A stretch of 64,000 bases of DNA, from the NCBI GenBank assembly GCA_000004695.1, contig CM000151.3:7808001-7872000 (forward strand), given 5' to 3'. The translations under genes and the position numbers were made by a program. Below, piece by piece: positions 31,490 to 42,313 of the stretch; position 1 is the stretch's first letter; each line of letters opens with the position of its first letter. The notes below the pieces were generated by a model. The model did not search any database and was not told where the DNA came from. It saw nothing but the letters and a program-made list of their open reading frames with translations. Origin of the DNA: Dictyostelium discoideum. Taxonomy: Eukaryota.

Positions 31490-31940
31490 AGTGTTTGTAG
31501 ATTAAAACATTATTATTACATATTAATTACTTACCACCAGAAGTGTAAAGAGTGTAGTTGGTGAAAGAGGTGATACCGTGTAAAGCAGTACAGTTGTTGA
31601 TGGCAACGATTTCACCGTGTGAAATGATATTTGGTTTACCAGTGTTGACACCAAGACACATTAAAGTACCATTTTGGTGGTAGATTGAAGCAACGAATTT
31701 CTTGTTTTGTTGTTTGGCGATGGCAAGGACGTAAGCCATACGTTCTTCGTGCATACCTAATTTTTGTGGATCGAGATCAGCTGGAGTGAGAACTTGAACG
31801 TTATCAGTTGGTTTCCAACTGGCTTTTTGAGTAGCAGTACATTCACCAATGGTTGAAGTGTTTGGGTTGAATTCATCGCATGCAAATGAAATTGCAAACA
31901 AAGCAAAGAAGATAGTAAATAATAAAGCGATTTTATTCAT
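30828..31940 (-). CDS. Secreted cytosine-deaminase-like (CDA-fold, Fcy1/CodA-type zinc deaminase) protein with a C-terminal Cys-containing beta-sandwich, carbohydrate-binding-module-like domain. Two exons at 31940..31535 and 31390..30828. 322 aa.
   Basis: Exon 1 reads MNKIALLFTIFFALFAISFA|CDEF..., a clear signal peptide. It continues ...GMHEERMAYVLAIAKQQNKKFVASIYHQNGTLMCLGVNTGKPNIISHGEIVAINNCTALHGITSFTNYTLYTSG on a GTAAGT donor. Exon 2, after a ctcctatag acceptor, reads EPCAMCSAALLWADFKTIVWGTFNSDLLCKICMSN.... Together these give the H-x-E ... PCxxC zinc-deaminase signature. The spacing and flanks resemble yeast cytosine deaminase Fcy1 (HGEI...NC...TLYTTLSPCDMCTGAI) as I recall it. The C-terminus reads ...CVCTNTTSPLKIDQTRYSSWFENGKTVSQFGGTITNTGSVTVTNPTF...WGLSVNEATNLWSLQWYPVIQPGQSFSFGYIIDGEDTIAFQPTA*, which looks like a CBM2/CBM49-type cellulose-binding module. 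Codon usage is strongly C-ending (TTC, TAC, AAC, ATC, ACC, GGT), typical of highly expressed Dictyostelium genes. Confidence 0.7.
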
Positions 31941-32470
31941 TTTTTGAAAAAAATATTTTATTATTGGTAATGTTTTTTTTTTTAATTATTAATAATGGTA
32001 CAAATGTAATGGTAGCAAATAAAAAAAAAAAATATAATAATATTATATTTAAGTAATGTTAATTGTTGATGTTTTTGGAATGATTTGAAAAAAAAAAAAC
32101 TAATTGTATTTATATTAATTTCGTCCCCCAGCAAATAAAAAAAAAAAAAAATTTAATTCAAATTAAATAAAATTTTTTTTTTTTTGGATATTTTTTTTTT
32201 AAAAGTGCCACAAAACTTATTGGGACGAATCTGGGAAAAAACGATAGTTTTCTAAAAAAAAGTGATGGCAAAAATAGCTTTTCAGTTGCAAAGAATTTTT
32301 TTTTTTGATGCGACCTCCTTTTTGATTGGTTATTGATACGAGTTTTTCAAATAAATTTAATAATTTGATTATGTGATTGGCTTAAACCAATTCTTTTAAA
32401 ATCAAAATTTATTAAATTTTAATTAATAATTTTTTTTTCTATTTTTTTTTTTTTTTCTTTTTTTTTTCCC

Positions 32471-32502
<32 letters not shown>

Positions 32503-32516
32503 GAATAACCTACTGG

Positions 32517-32566
<50 letters not shown>

Positions 32567-33413
32567 TTTTTTTTTAAAATTTTTTTTTCATTGCACATTT
32601 TTTCGTCGATTTGTTTTTGGGATCAAAAGTGTTAACTGATTATCTAGATCCCATATGGTTTTTTGAAAAAAAATAAAAAAAAAAAAACAATCTACCTTAA
32701 TTTAAGAACAGATAAAAAACGATAAAAAAAAATAAAAAAATAAAAAATAAAAAATAAAAAATAATATAGATATGTGATGTGTACAAAAATAAATAATTTC
32801 AAAGAATAAGAAAAAAAATTTAAAATAAAAAATAAAAAATAAAAAAATAAAAAAATAAAGTTAGGATATATATCTCCTTTTCATTAGACGATAAAAACCA
32901 AAAAAAAAAAATGAAAAAAATATTGTCATCATAATACTTTTTGTTTTCCCAAAGGAAACTTATTTTGATTGGGCATATGTTTTAGGTAAAATATATTACA
33001 AAAATAGGTTATTTTTTTTCTTGTTTTCATTTAATTTTTTTTGTCCAAAGATAAAATTATTTGAAAATTCATTTTTAAAACAAAATCCTTTTTACCCTTT
33101 TTTTTTCGTTTTTTTGATGGTTTCAATTTTACTTTTTTTTTTTTATTTTTTTTTAATTTTTCTTTTCATTTTCCATTTTTTTATTTTTTATTTTATTTTT
33201 ATTTTTATTTTTTTTTTTTTTTTTAATCACAACATATGAACACAGCACTTTGATTTATTTTAATTAATTTGTTTGGTGGTGATGGGTATTGGAACAACAT
33301 TGTTCTTATGAATAAAGACAAAATTGATTTAAAGAAAATGAATAAAGCACAACAGAATTGAAGATATTTGTTAGAAAATAGATTTATTCCATATTATTTT
33401 AAAAAAGAGACCG

Positions 33414-33465
33414 CTAAATCATTTGTAAAAATTATAGTAATTACTAATTTTTACAAATGATTTAG
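33414..33465. repeat. Perfect 21-bp inverted repeat (hairpin) with a 10-nt loop
   Basis: ctaaatcatttgtaaaaatta-tagtaattac-taatttttacaaatgatttag. I checked base by base that the arms are exact reverse complements. It is intergenic. Confidence 0.85.
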
Positions 33466-33821
33466 TGTTTTCTTTTTTTAAAATTAGTAAATACTATAAT
33501 TTTTTATTTTTTTTTAAAATTATTGCATACTTAAAAATCCACAAATTAATTAAATTAGCAATCGATTGCAAATTGGTGTTTTTAGAATTTATTTATCCCA
33601 AAATCAAAATATTACTTGATTAGTTTTTAAAAAAAAAAATAAATAAATAAAAATAAATATAATAAAAATATCCTATTTATACATTTAAAGCATATCTAGA
33701 TGAGCTGCTTTTTCATGAAGAAATAATTTTTTTTTTTTGTGGTCTGTGGTGACCAGAAATAATTTTTTTGAGATAATCGAAATATCCGAATGAAAGTAAT
33801 AAATTCCAAATTTTAATATTT

Positions 33822-33864
<43 letters not shown>

Positions 33865-34619
33865 AAATAAATTTTATATGGGAAAAAAATTAAATTTTAA
33901 GGGATGTAGTAAATCCCAGTGAAAATCTTAAAATCATGGATAATCTTTTGATAAAAAAAAAAAAAAAAAAAAATTATGTAATAAATAATAGTAAAGTTTT
34001 AAAGAGTGAAAAAATAAAAATGAAAAAAAGTACCATTATTATTTTTATTTTTATTATTTTTATTTTTTTTTTTTTTTTTTATTACATCCTTGTTATCAAG
34101 ATCTATTTCAATTAAAAAAATTCTAGAATTAACTAATTTATTGTATTTTTTTTTTTTTTTTTTTTTAAATTAAAAGATTATTTAATTTTTTTTTTTTTTT
34201 ATTTGGAAATTGGTGGGTAAAAATTATCATACGACGTTGATTTTTTTTGCGATAAGGGCAACTGATCAAAATTTTTTTTTAAAATTTTATTTTATTTAAT
34301 TAAAATTTTTTTTTTTTATAATAAAAAAAAAAAATCCCTTTAGAGGGAATTTCACTCATCAATAATTTTTTTTTTTCTCACACTTAAGATTTATTATTTT
34401 TTTTTTTTAAAATTTCCCAGTCAATTTAATTATTTAAATTAAATATTTGTTTTTTTTTTTTTTGTATATTTTTATCTATATATATATATAAATTCTATAA
34501 TTAAATAAAAATAAAAATAAAAATAATAAATCTCAATTTATTTTCATTTTATTTTTTTTTTATATTTTTATCTATATTTATATATATATATATATATTTA
34601 TATATTTATATTATGGTAA

Positions 34620-35801
34620 ATGATATATAATAATAATTTAATTTTAATAATTTCCAAAATTTTAATAATTACAAGTTTTTACAAGTTGATATCAGATTCA
34701 ATAAAATGTATATTCAGAGGTATTGGTGAAATTATGTTGGCAAGTAATGGTTATACAGGTTTGTTATTTTTAGTTGGTCTTTACTTTGAAAACCCTATTA
34801 TGGCAACGGTGGCATTATCATGTACAATAATATCAACACTTACAGCGGTAATATTAAAATTTAATAAAGAGAATATAATGGAAGGGTTATATGGATTTAA
34901 TTCATCATTGATTGGATGTGCAATGGTATTTTATTTAGAATTGAATATTTATGTTATCATTGGATTTATAATGGGATCAATTGTATCCACATTGTTGATG
35001 GAATTCTTCCTAAGGAATAATTTACCAGCGTATACATTTCCATTCATTTTCACAACATGGATACTATTATGGATTCTAAGGATACCAGGAATAACCAATG
35101 CAAAGCCGCCAAGTGACATAATCGATTACCAAGTACTAATTGACTATTCAATGCCTGCGCATTCATTTGGCCAAGTTTTATTCTTGGGTGATTGTATTAG
35201 TGGGTTGTTAGTATTGATTGGTGTTTATATATGGTCGCCAATCGCTTCACTCTATGGTATAATCTCCACATTAATCAGTGCTGGTATTTCAAATTATTTC
35301 CTCAATGTATCTGGTTCCGAGGTTTCTATAGAAAGAATTCACGCTGGTCTATATGGATTCAATGCAGTTTTATGTGGAATAGCTCAAAGTGGTAAAAAAC
35401 CAATTGATGGTATTTATGTATTAATATCTTTAATAATATCAACAACATTTTATATAATGTTAGTTCAAAATAATTTTACATCGTTAACTTTTCCTTTTGT
35501 TTTATCAATGTGGTTTTGTTGTATTTTGAAATTTATTATTTCAAATTATGATAATGATAAAATAAATAATATTATTGGAAATAATGGTGGTGGTGGTGGT
35601 GGTGTAAAACAAACAAAAGTGTATAAAAATTTTAAATTTGTTTTGAAAAAAGTTTCAAAATTAAGAAATAGAAGTAAACAAAATGGGAAATTTAAAAATT
35701 CAACAACAATCAACAATAATGATGACGAAAATGAATTTGCTTTAAAAAATATAATAGTACCAACAACAAATAATAATAACATATTGTTAAATATTATTTA
35801 G
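34620..35801 (+). CDS. Urea transporter (UT/SLC14 family) homolog, about 393 aa
   Basis: Two internally repeated halves carry the UT signature: ...GIGEIMLASNGYTGLLFLVGLYFENP...LYGFNSSLIGCAMVF... and ...FGQVLFLGDCISGLLVLIGVYIWSPIASLYG...AGLYGFNAVLCGIAQ.... The C-terminus is Asn/Gly-rich. The start is ambiguous. ATG at 34620 is a continuous ORF. Alternatively ATG(34614)|GTAAAT ... tttttacaag|TTG (34684) gives M+LISDSIKCIF.... Confidence 0.7.
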   Translation: MIYNNNLILIISKILIITSFYKLISDSIKCIFRGIGEIMLASNGYTGLLFLVGLYFENPIMATVALSCTIISTLTAVILKFNKENIMEGLYGFNSSLIGCAMVFYLELNIYVIIGFIMGSIVSTLLMEFFLRNNLPAYTFPFIFTTWILLWILRIPGITNAKPPSDIIDYQVLIDYSMPAHSFGQVLFLGDCISGLLVLIGVYIWSPIASLYGIISTLISAGISNYFLNVSGSEVSIERIHAGLYGFNAVLCGIAQSGKKPIDGIYVLISLIISTTFYIMLVQNNFTSLTFPFVLSMWFCCILKFIISNYDNDKINNIIGNNGGGGGGVKQTKVYKNFKFVLKKVSKLRNRSKQNGKFKNSTTINNNDDENEFALKNIIVPTTNNNNILLNII

Positions 35802-36508
35802 TTTTAAAATAATAAAAATCTAAAAATAAATTCTAAAAAATAAAAATAAAAAAAAAAAAAAAAAAAAAAATTAAATTATTATAATTTGATCAGTTGAATT
35901 ATCTTAAAAAATAAAAATAAAAAAAATAAAAAAAAATTGGAAAATAAAAAAAAAAATCTAATCAAACTTTTTTTTTTGAAAATTCGTATTTTTTTTTTTT
36001 TATCCCATAAAAAATCTCCTCAATGTTTGAGTATTAGTGGAAAAGCTATATTATTTAAACAAGTCACAGTTTGGATCTTGCTATGCTTCCTATCCTGGTG
36101 GCCAACAAAAACAGCCTTGGTGTGTTTTTGTGTATAAAATAGTAAAGTAGAAAGTTCAGTGATGGGCAATGACTTGTTGGTTTCTTACAGACATATCTCA
36201 ATCATCACAGGTACAATCCACCAAAATTAAATTAAAAAAATAAACAAAAATAAAGGCATAGATTTTTATTTTTTTTAATATCTATCTACTTTAATCCTAT
36301 CATTTTACTTTCCAAAGAAAGAAAAAAAAAAAGAAAAAAAAAAGAAAAAAAATAATTTAAACTAATAAATAAAAAAGAGATAACTTTTAAAATTCTAAAA
36401 AAAAAAAAAGTGCACAGATTTTTTTTTTAAAAAAAAAGATAAAATGAATTTATAAATAAATAAAAACAATTTTAAAATTTTAATATATATATACAAAAGT
36501 TTGATTTA

Positions 36509-37027
36509 TTATTTTAAATTAAAATCCTCAGAATCATCAATAGCAGATGACATTGTTGTAGAGGTATGAAAAGAGTTATTATTATTATTATTATTGTTAT
36601 TATTTTGATTTACTTGTGTTAGTGTTGGTGTAGTTATGTTATTTGGTGTTTGATTTGTTGGTGAAGAAATAGATGGGGTAGTATTTGTTGTCGTTGTTGC
36701 TGTTGTATTTGTGGTAGTAGTAGTGGGATTATTAAATATTAAAGATTGTGTCCCTTTATAAATTTTTAAAAGTGTATCAATTCTTGGTATTAATTCTTCA
36801 AATGCTAAAACCATTTTATTTTTACCTTCAACTATGAATGCCATGTAAAAGATAACATTATGCTTTGTAATACCTTCATTAATTACAATTTGCTCAATCT
36901 TTGATTTCTCTATAAATTCCACAACTGTTGATGGTCTTAAAAAATATTTTCTTTTTAATTGAACTCCTATCTCTCTCATTACAATTAATGATTCTGAATA
37001 AAAAATAAAAAAAATAAAAAAAATTAA

Positions 37028-37090
<63 letters not shown>

Positions 37091-37326
37091 AACAAACCTT
37101 CTTTTACAATAAAAAATTTTAAATAAAATCTAAATAAAATTAATGCAAACAAGAAATAAGTCGAGAAAGATTTAAATAGAGATTGAGAATAGAATTGATG
37201 TTTTACAAATGTACATATAAAAGTGAATAAAAGGAATAGATCGAAATAGGTTATTAATGATCTATCCTTTCTTGATATTTTATATTCTCTAACATCGTTA
37301 TTAATTGGTATACAACTATATTCCAT
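36509..37326 (-). CDS. Tentative two-exon gene (37326..37098, 36993..36509): two predicted TM helices, a roughly 75-aa globular segment and a Thr/Asn-rich tail. Function unknown.
   Basis: Exon 1 (ORF 37087..37326) reads MEYSCIPINNDVREYKISRKDRSLITYFDLFLLFTFICTFVKHQFYSQSLFKSFSTYFLFALILFRFYLKFFIVKE on a GTTTGT donor (37097). The intron contains an (ATT)n tract. After a ttttattcag acceptor (36994), exon 2 reads ESLIVMREIGVQLKRKYFLRPSTVVEFIEKSKIEQIVINEGITKHNVIFYMAFIVEGKNKMVLAFEELIPRIDTLLKIYKG...*. The phase-1 join is exact, but the donor is non-canonical. The 36509..36979 ORF could also stand alone (Met at 36979). Confidence 0.35.
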
Positions 37327-37633
37327 GTCCTATTACTGTAATTGATATCCTTTTATATCATTTGATTCGGTTATTGATAAGGTAACGTCGGTGAACAAAA
37401 AATAAAAAAATAAAAAAAAAAAATAAAAATAAAAAAAAAAATTTTAAAAAAAAAACTTTTTATGTTTATTTTTTTTATGAAATTAAAAAACCTGGAAATT
37501 CTTGTTGTTTTCTTGGATTATTTTTAAAATTAAAATTAATTTCATGTTAAGTTTTATTTTAATAAATTTCCAAAATTAATTTAAAAAACTTTGAGAACAA
37601 AATTTTTGAGTTTTAAATTTAAAATATAGATTA

Positions 37634-37707
37634 GTTCGGATGGTGTAGTCGGTTATCACGAATCCTTAACACGGATTAGGTCGTGGGTTCGATTCCCGCT
37701 CTGAATA
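37634..37707 (+). tRNA. tRNA-Val(AAC): tRNA-Val (anticodon AAC)
   Basis: GTTCGGATGGTGTAGTCGGTTATCACGAATCCTTAACACGGATTAGGTCGTGGGTTCGATTCCCGCTCTGAATA. The acceptor stem is GTTCGGA/TCTGAAT with 2 G-U pairs. The anticodon stem is AATCC/GGATT and the loop is UUAACAC (U33-AAC-A37). The T arm is GTGGG-TTCGATT-CCCGC. Discriminator is A. 74 nt. It closely parallels metazoan tRNA-Val-AAC. Confidence 0.85.
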
Positions 37708-37739
37708 CTCTCTTTCCCTTTACCACATTATATGTCGTA

Positions 37740-37750
37740 GGTTCGACTCC
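37740..37750 (+). promoter_or_regulatory. Downstream extra B-box (exB) of tRNA-Val
   Basis: GGTTCGACTCC lies about 33 nt after the tRNA 3' end and is not part of any tRNA fold. Confidence 0.5.
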
Positions 37751-38561
37751 TTTCACAGATTCAATTTTTTTTTTTGTTTTTTTTATTATTTTTAAACTAA
37801 TCAAGGTAAAAAATAGATTATATACCTACTAAATATTTTATCCATACTTCTAGTTTAATTTTTATCTTTTCTTTTTTTAAATAAAAGAAAATGAGATAAT
37901 AATTTCAATTTGGAGGAAATTAAGTTTGTATATGTGCAGCTATTTTTTTTTTTTTTTTTAATTTTATTTTTTTTTTGGGTTAAGTTATTTTATTATTTAT
38001 TTGTTATTAAATTTGTGTTTAAAAAATTTCAAATAAAAAAAAAATAGTGGAGCATATGGATGGATATTATAAAAAAAAATTTTATTTGATAAAAAAAAAA
38101 AATAGTAATATTAATAACTCCATGCAACTAAAAAGAAGAATTATCTCAAAAAAAGACTTTCTAATATTATTTTTTTAGGACTTTGAATCAAAGAAAAGTA
38201 ATATTATTTAGGTATTTAATTAGATATAACTAAAATCTATAATTTAAAAAAAAGATATGAATAGATATTATCTAAGATCTTCAAGATATAGGGCAGAAAA
38301 GAATAAGAGTATCGAAATCTAACTATCAATAATATTAACGAAAAAAAAAAAAAAAATTTTGGTTTTATTTTCATTATATTATTATTATTAATGCAACGAC
38401 CACTATTTTAATAATAAAACATTTGTTGTCGCCATACAATTTTTCATTCTTAATTTCTTATTCACACAATGACAACCTCGCTCCAATATCTAAAAATAAA
38501 AATAAATTTAAAAAATGAAATTACCACTTCAATATCTAAATATATTAAAAAACTATATAAA

Positions 38562-38690
38562 AAAAAAAAAACAAATTTTCAAACATCATCGAATTAATTT
38601 AAAAAAAAAACAAATTTTCAAACATCATCGAATTAATTTAAAAAAAAAACAAATTTTCAAACATCACCAAATGAATTTAATAAAAAAACA
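38562..38690. repeat. Tandem repeat of about 39 bp with about 2.7 copies (acaaattttcaaacatcatcgaattaatttaaaaaaaaa)
   Basis: Three near-identical consecutive copies. The third is diverged (catcaccaaatgaattt). It is intergenic, about 0.85 kb downstream of tRNA-Val. Confidence 0.8.
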
Positions 38691-39231
38691 AAATAAAAAA
38701 ATTATATATTAATTTAACAAATAAAAAAAAAAACAAAAAACAATAAAAAAAAATAGTTGGAAAAAATTCGGAAATTTTTTTTTTTTTTTTTATCACCCCG
38801 GGACAAACAAAAACATTGATTACAACCAAAACTATTTTTAATGATCAATTATTAACGAATTTTTGGTATATTTATTTCCCATTAACCAAACTTGGCTACC
38901 TGACCCATTTTTTTTTTTTTTTTTTTTTTTATATTTAATTAAAGTTTATTAAAAAGCCAATTCAAATAATATCATAAAAATTATTCAATAAATAACTTAT
39001 TAATTTAAATAAAAGATAATTGATTAGTCATTGGTTTAATTATTATTATTTTTTTTTTTTTTTTAAATATTTATTTTTTATTTTTTATTTTTTTTTTTTT
39101 GGTTATTCCTTATTTTTTATTTTATTTATTTTTTATTTATTTTTTATTTTTTTATTTAATTGGGAATTAATATTAATTTTGGGATTAATCATAAAAAACA
39201 TTGGGGTCAATATTTTCACAATAAGCAAATG

Positions 39232-39269
<38 letters not shown>

Positions 39270-39610
39270 AAAAAAAAAAAAATGAAAAAAAAAAAAAAAA
39301 ATTAAAAAAAATGAAAAAAAAAAAAATAATAAAAATAATAGGGATTGTAAAAATAATTAGTTTTCTTGTTTAAATTCCGTTTGCATATCAATATATATGT
39401 AACGAAGTGATGGGGATTGTTTTTTTTTTGTTTTATTTTTTAATTATTTTTATTTTTTTTTTATTTTTTTGGTTTTATTTTTTTTTTCTGTTTAAAAAAA
39501 TGAATTTTTCGTGCTGGGAAACCACCAGTGCGCAAAAGTACCCGACAATCAAATTGAATTTTTGAAATTTAATTGTTTTTTTTTTTTTTTTTTTTAAATT
39601 TCGACTTTTT

Positions 39611-39642
<32 letters not shown>

Positions 39643-39912
39643 TTTCTTTTTTTTTTCTTTTCAAAACAATTTTTTTTTTTACAAATCAATAATTTTTTTT
39701 TTCCTTCTTTTTAATCTCCTATATTTATTTATATGCTTAATTTTTCAAAAAGTCAAAAAATAAAAAAATTGCTATTATATATATATATTTTTTTTGGCAA
39801 TAATTAAATAGTGTTTAACTCCGACATAATTTCAGATTTTTAAATTTTTAAATAAATAAATAATTAATGTAGGTATAGCAACAACAAAAATTAATAATTA
39901 TTTTTTTTTTAG

Positions 39913-40081
39913 ATGTTGACAACATTTTTTGGATATTTTCATATTTATTATCCCTTCATATACAAATAATTTTTTTTTTTTTTAATTGTTGACAACATCG
40001 CTTTATGAAAATAATTTATTTCTTTATTTTATTGTTCCTCTTTTTCATACAAATAAAATTATTTTAAAATGTTGGCAACAC
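39913..40081 (+). promoter_or_regulatory. Thrice-repeated motif TGTTGACAACAT(C) (third copy TGTTGGCAACAC), paired twice with a downstream TTCATA(TA)CAAATAA box. Candidate cis-regulatory repeats about 0.5-0.7 kb upstream of the 40602 gene.
   Basis: Copies at 39913-39925, 39987-39998 and 40069-40081. The CATA(TA)CAAATAA boxes are at 39953-39968 and 40044-40058. Confidence 0.4.
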
Positions 40082-40267
40082 ATTTAAAAAAAAAAAAATC
40101 CTAAACGGTGTGGGAGTTTTTTCTTGTGACGCAGATATTTTTATTTTTTTTAAATTTTTTTTTTTTTCATTTTTTTTTTTTTTTTGCTTACATAAAATTG
40201 TGCTTCAAATTCCCATTCGGCTTTAGAAAAATGATTTGGCTGATATTTATTTTTTGAAATTTCAAAA

Positions 40268-40303
<36 letters not shown>

Positions 40304-40601
40304 TTTTTGCTGTTTAGGTGTTGCAAAAATTTCGTACATATTTTTTTTTTTTTTTGCTCATTTTTTTTTTTTTTTTTTTTTTTTAAAATAGAACACAAGG
40401 AAAAATATTCTAATAATTGTATTTTATTTTTACTTCAAATTTATTTTCATTGCTTTATAACAACAAAAAAAAATAAAAAAAAATTAAAAATATCGCGCAC
40501 CAAATAAAAACTATTTTTGGATTTTTCAAACTTTTTTTTTCTTTCTCTATAGATTTACTTTCAAACTCACACGCATAAAAAATAAAAAATAAAATAAAAA
40601 A

Positions 40602-40880
40602 ATGACACAAAAAGATAAAAGATCAAATAGAAGAAGAGTTTCTTGTGGATTCCACCATAAAAGACATCAAGCATGTCCAGATAATTGTGAAGGTAGAATT
40701 TCTCATCCACCTGATGTACATCCACCAGTTCAAGATAAATTTACAGTAGGTTGCACTGAATGTAAAAGTTTTTTCCAAGAAAAGTTGTTTAGTCAAACTA
40801 CTTTATCTGGTAAACCTTTAAGTCAAATTATTGCAACAAATAATAATAATAATACAAATAGTAATAATACAAATAATACA

Positions 40881-40936
<56 letters not shown>

Positions 40937-41477
40937 AAATAATAATGACGATAATAATAATTTACCAACTCAAGTAAATAAAAAAAAGAGAACTACAACT
41001 CAACCAATAAATATTAAAAAAATTGAAAAATCAATTCCATTTGAAGTAAATTTCATATCTTCATCAACACCATCATCAAGTAATACATCACCATCAATGT
41101 CTCCACCAACTTATCAACAAAGTGATAATAGCTCTGCCATTGTTCCATCTTTTACTTTAAGTTCAAATATTGTACAAACCTTTTCATCTGCTAATCCTTT
41201 ATCCTCATCTGGTGAAACTAAAAAAAGAAAATTCTCTTATGACGGCAACAGCAGTGGCAGTGATACAGAAGAATTTACCTCAAGATCGTCATCTTTCTCT
41301 AGATCTTCATCTCCTTTATCTCTTTCATGTGTTCCAAGTCCTTCAAATTCTTCACCAATTGCTTCTCCTCAATTAACCGTTCCATCAACTCCATTACTTA
41401 CCAGTGTTAATGGTAGTCGTAATAATAATAATAGTAATAATAATAGTAATAATAATAATAATAATCAAATTCAAAAC

Positions 41478-41508
<31 letters not shown>

Positions 41509-42071
41509 TTAATAATAATATTATTAATAATAAAGATAATAATATTTTGGTTGCAGAATCATTATTATTTTTATTAGAACAAGAAGTTGAAAAAGAAATA
41601 ATAACACAAAAAGAAAATGACCTTTCTGCCAGAAAATTAAAACAAATCCAAGAACAGGAATATGTTGAAAGAATACAACAAGTTTTGGAATATAAAAAGG
41701 GTCAACAAGATATAGAATATCAAAAATTACAACAAAAACAAATGGAATTAGAAAAATGGAAATCACAATTAATAAATTTTGAAAAGGAATTAACTTTTAA
41801 ACAACAATATATAAATAGTATAAATTATAATTTACAACAACAACAACACCAACAGCAAATTAAAGCTCAAATTCAACCACAACAACAATTACAACAACAA
41901 CAACAAAATAAGTCAATTAATTCAATGGTATGTAAAAAAAAAAAAAAAAATACAAGTTTTCAGGATCTTACTAACTTTTTTTTTTTTTCTTCTCTTTTCC
42001 TAATTTAGTCATTTTTTAATTTATTAAACTCTTTGGCTGAAGAAAGTCCAATTGCCACTTTGTCATCATAA
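40602..42071 (+). CDS. Putative nuclear/regulatory protein. It has an N-terminal basic plus Cys/His-rich motif, poly-N/S linkers and a C-terminal coiled coil. Two exons at 40602..41926 and 42009..42071.
   Basis: N-terminus reads MTQKDKRSNRRRVSCGFHHKRHQACPDNCEGRISHPPDVHPPVQDKFTVGCTECKSFF, a possible zinc-binding module. Heptad-like ...ARKLKQIQEQEYVERIQQVLEYKKGQQDIEYQKLQQKQMELEKWKSQLINFEKEL... follows. The terminal intron is TCAATG|GTATGT...TACTAAC...ttcctaatttag|TCATTT, with a consensus branch point. It yields ...NKSINSM-SFFNLLNSLAEESPIATLSS*. The unspliced read-through would give ...VCKKKKKNTSFQDLTNFFFFSSLFLI*. Confidence 0.5.
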
Positions 42072-42281
42072 ATTTATTTATTTCCAAAAAAAAAAAAGTT
42101 AATATATTTTTTATGATGCTACAAACAATAGAAATTCAAAAAGTTTCTGTTGATTTTTTTTTTTCCGGCGAACATTGGTGAATGTATCGTTGAATAAAAT
42201 ATTGGCCAATCCTTTTTTTTTTTTTGTTTTTCTTTTGGCTTAAAAAAAAAACAACAAATTTGTAAATAATCAACCTTAAAC

Positions 42282-42313
<32 letters not shown>

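Noticed and set aside
39500-39560. Locally GC-richer patch cgtgctgggaaaccaccagtgcgcaaaagtacccgacaatc considered as a small ncRNA
   Set aside because: Only a short CTGG/CCAG stem is possible. No snRNA, SRP or class-I RNA signature that I can recognise, and no upstream DUSE-like element was found.
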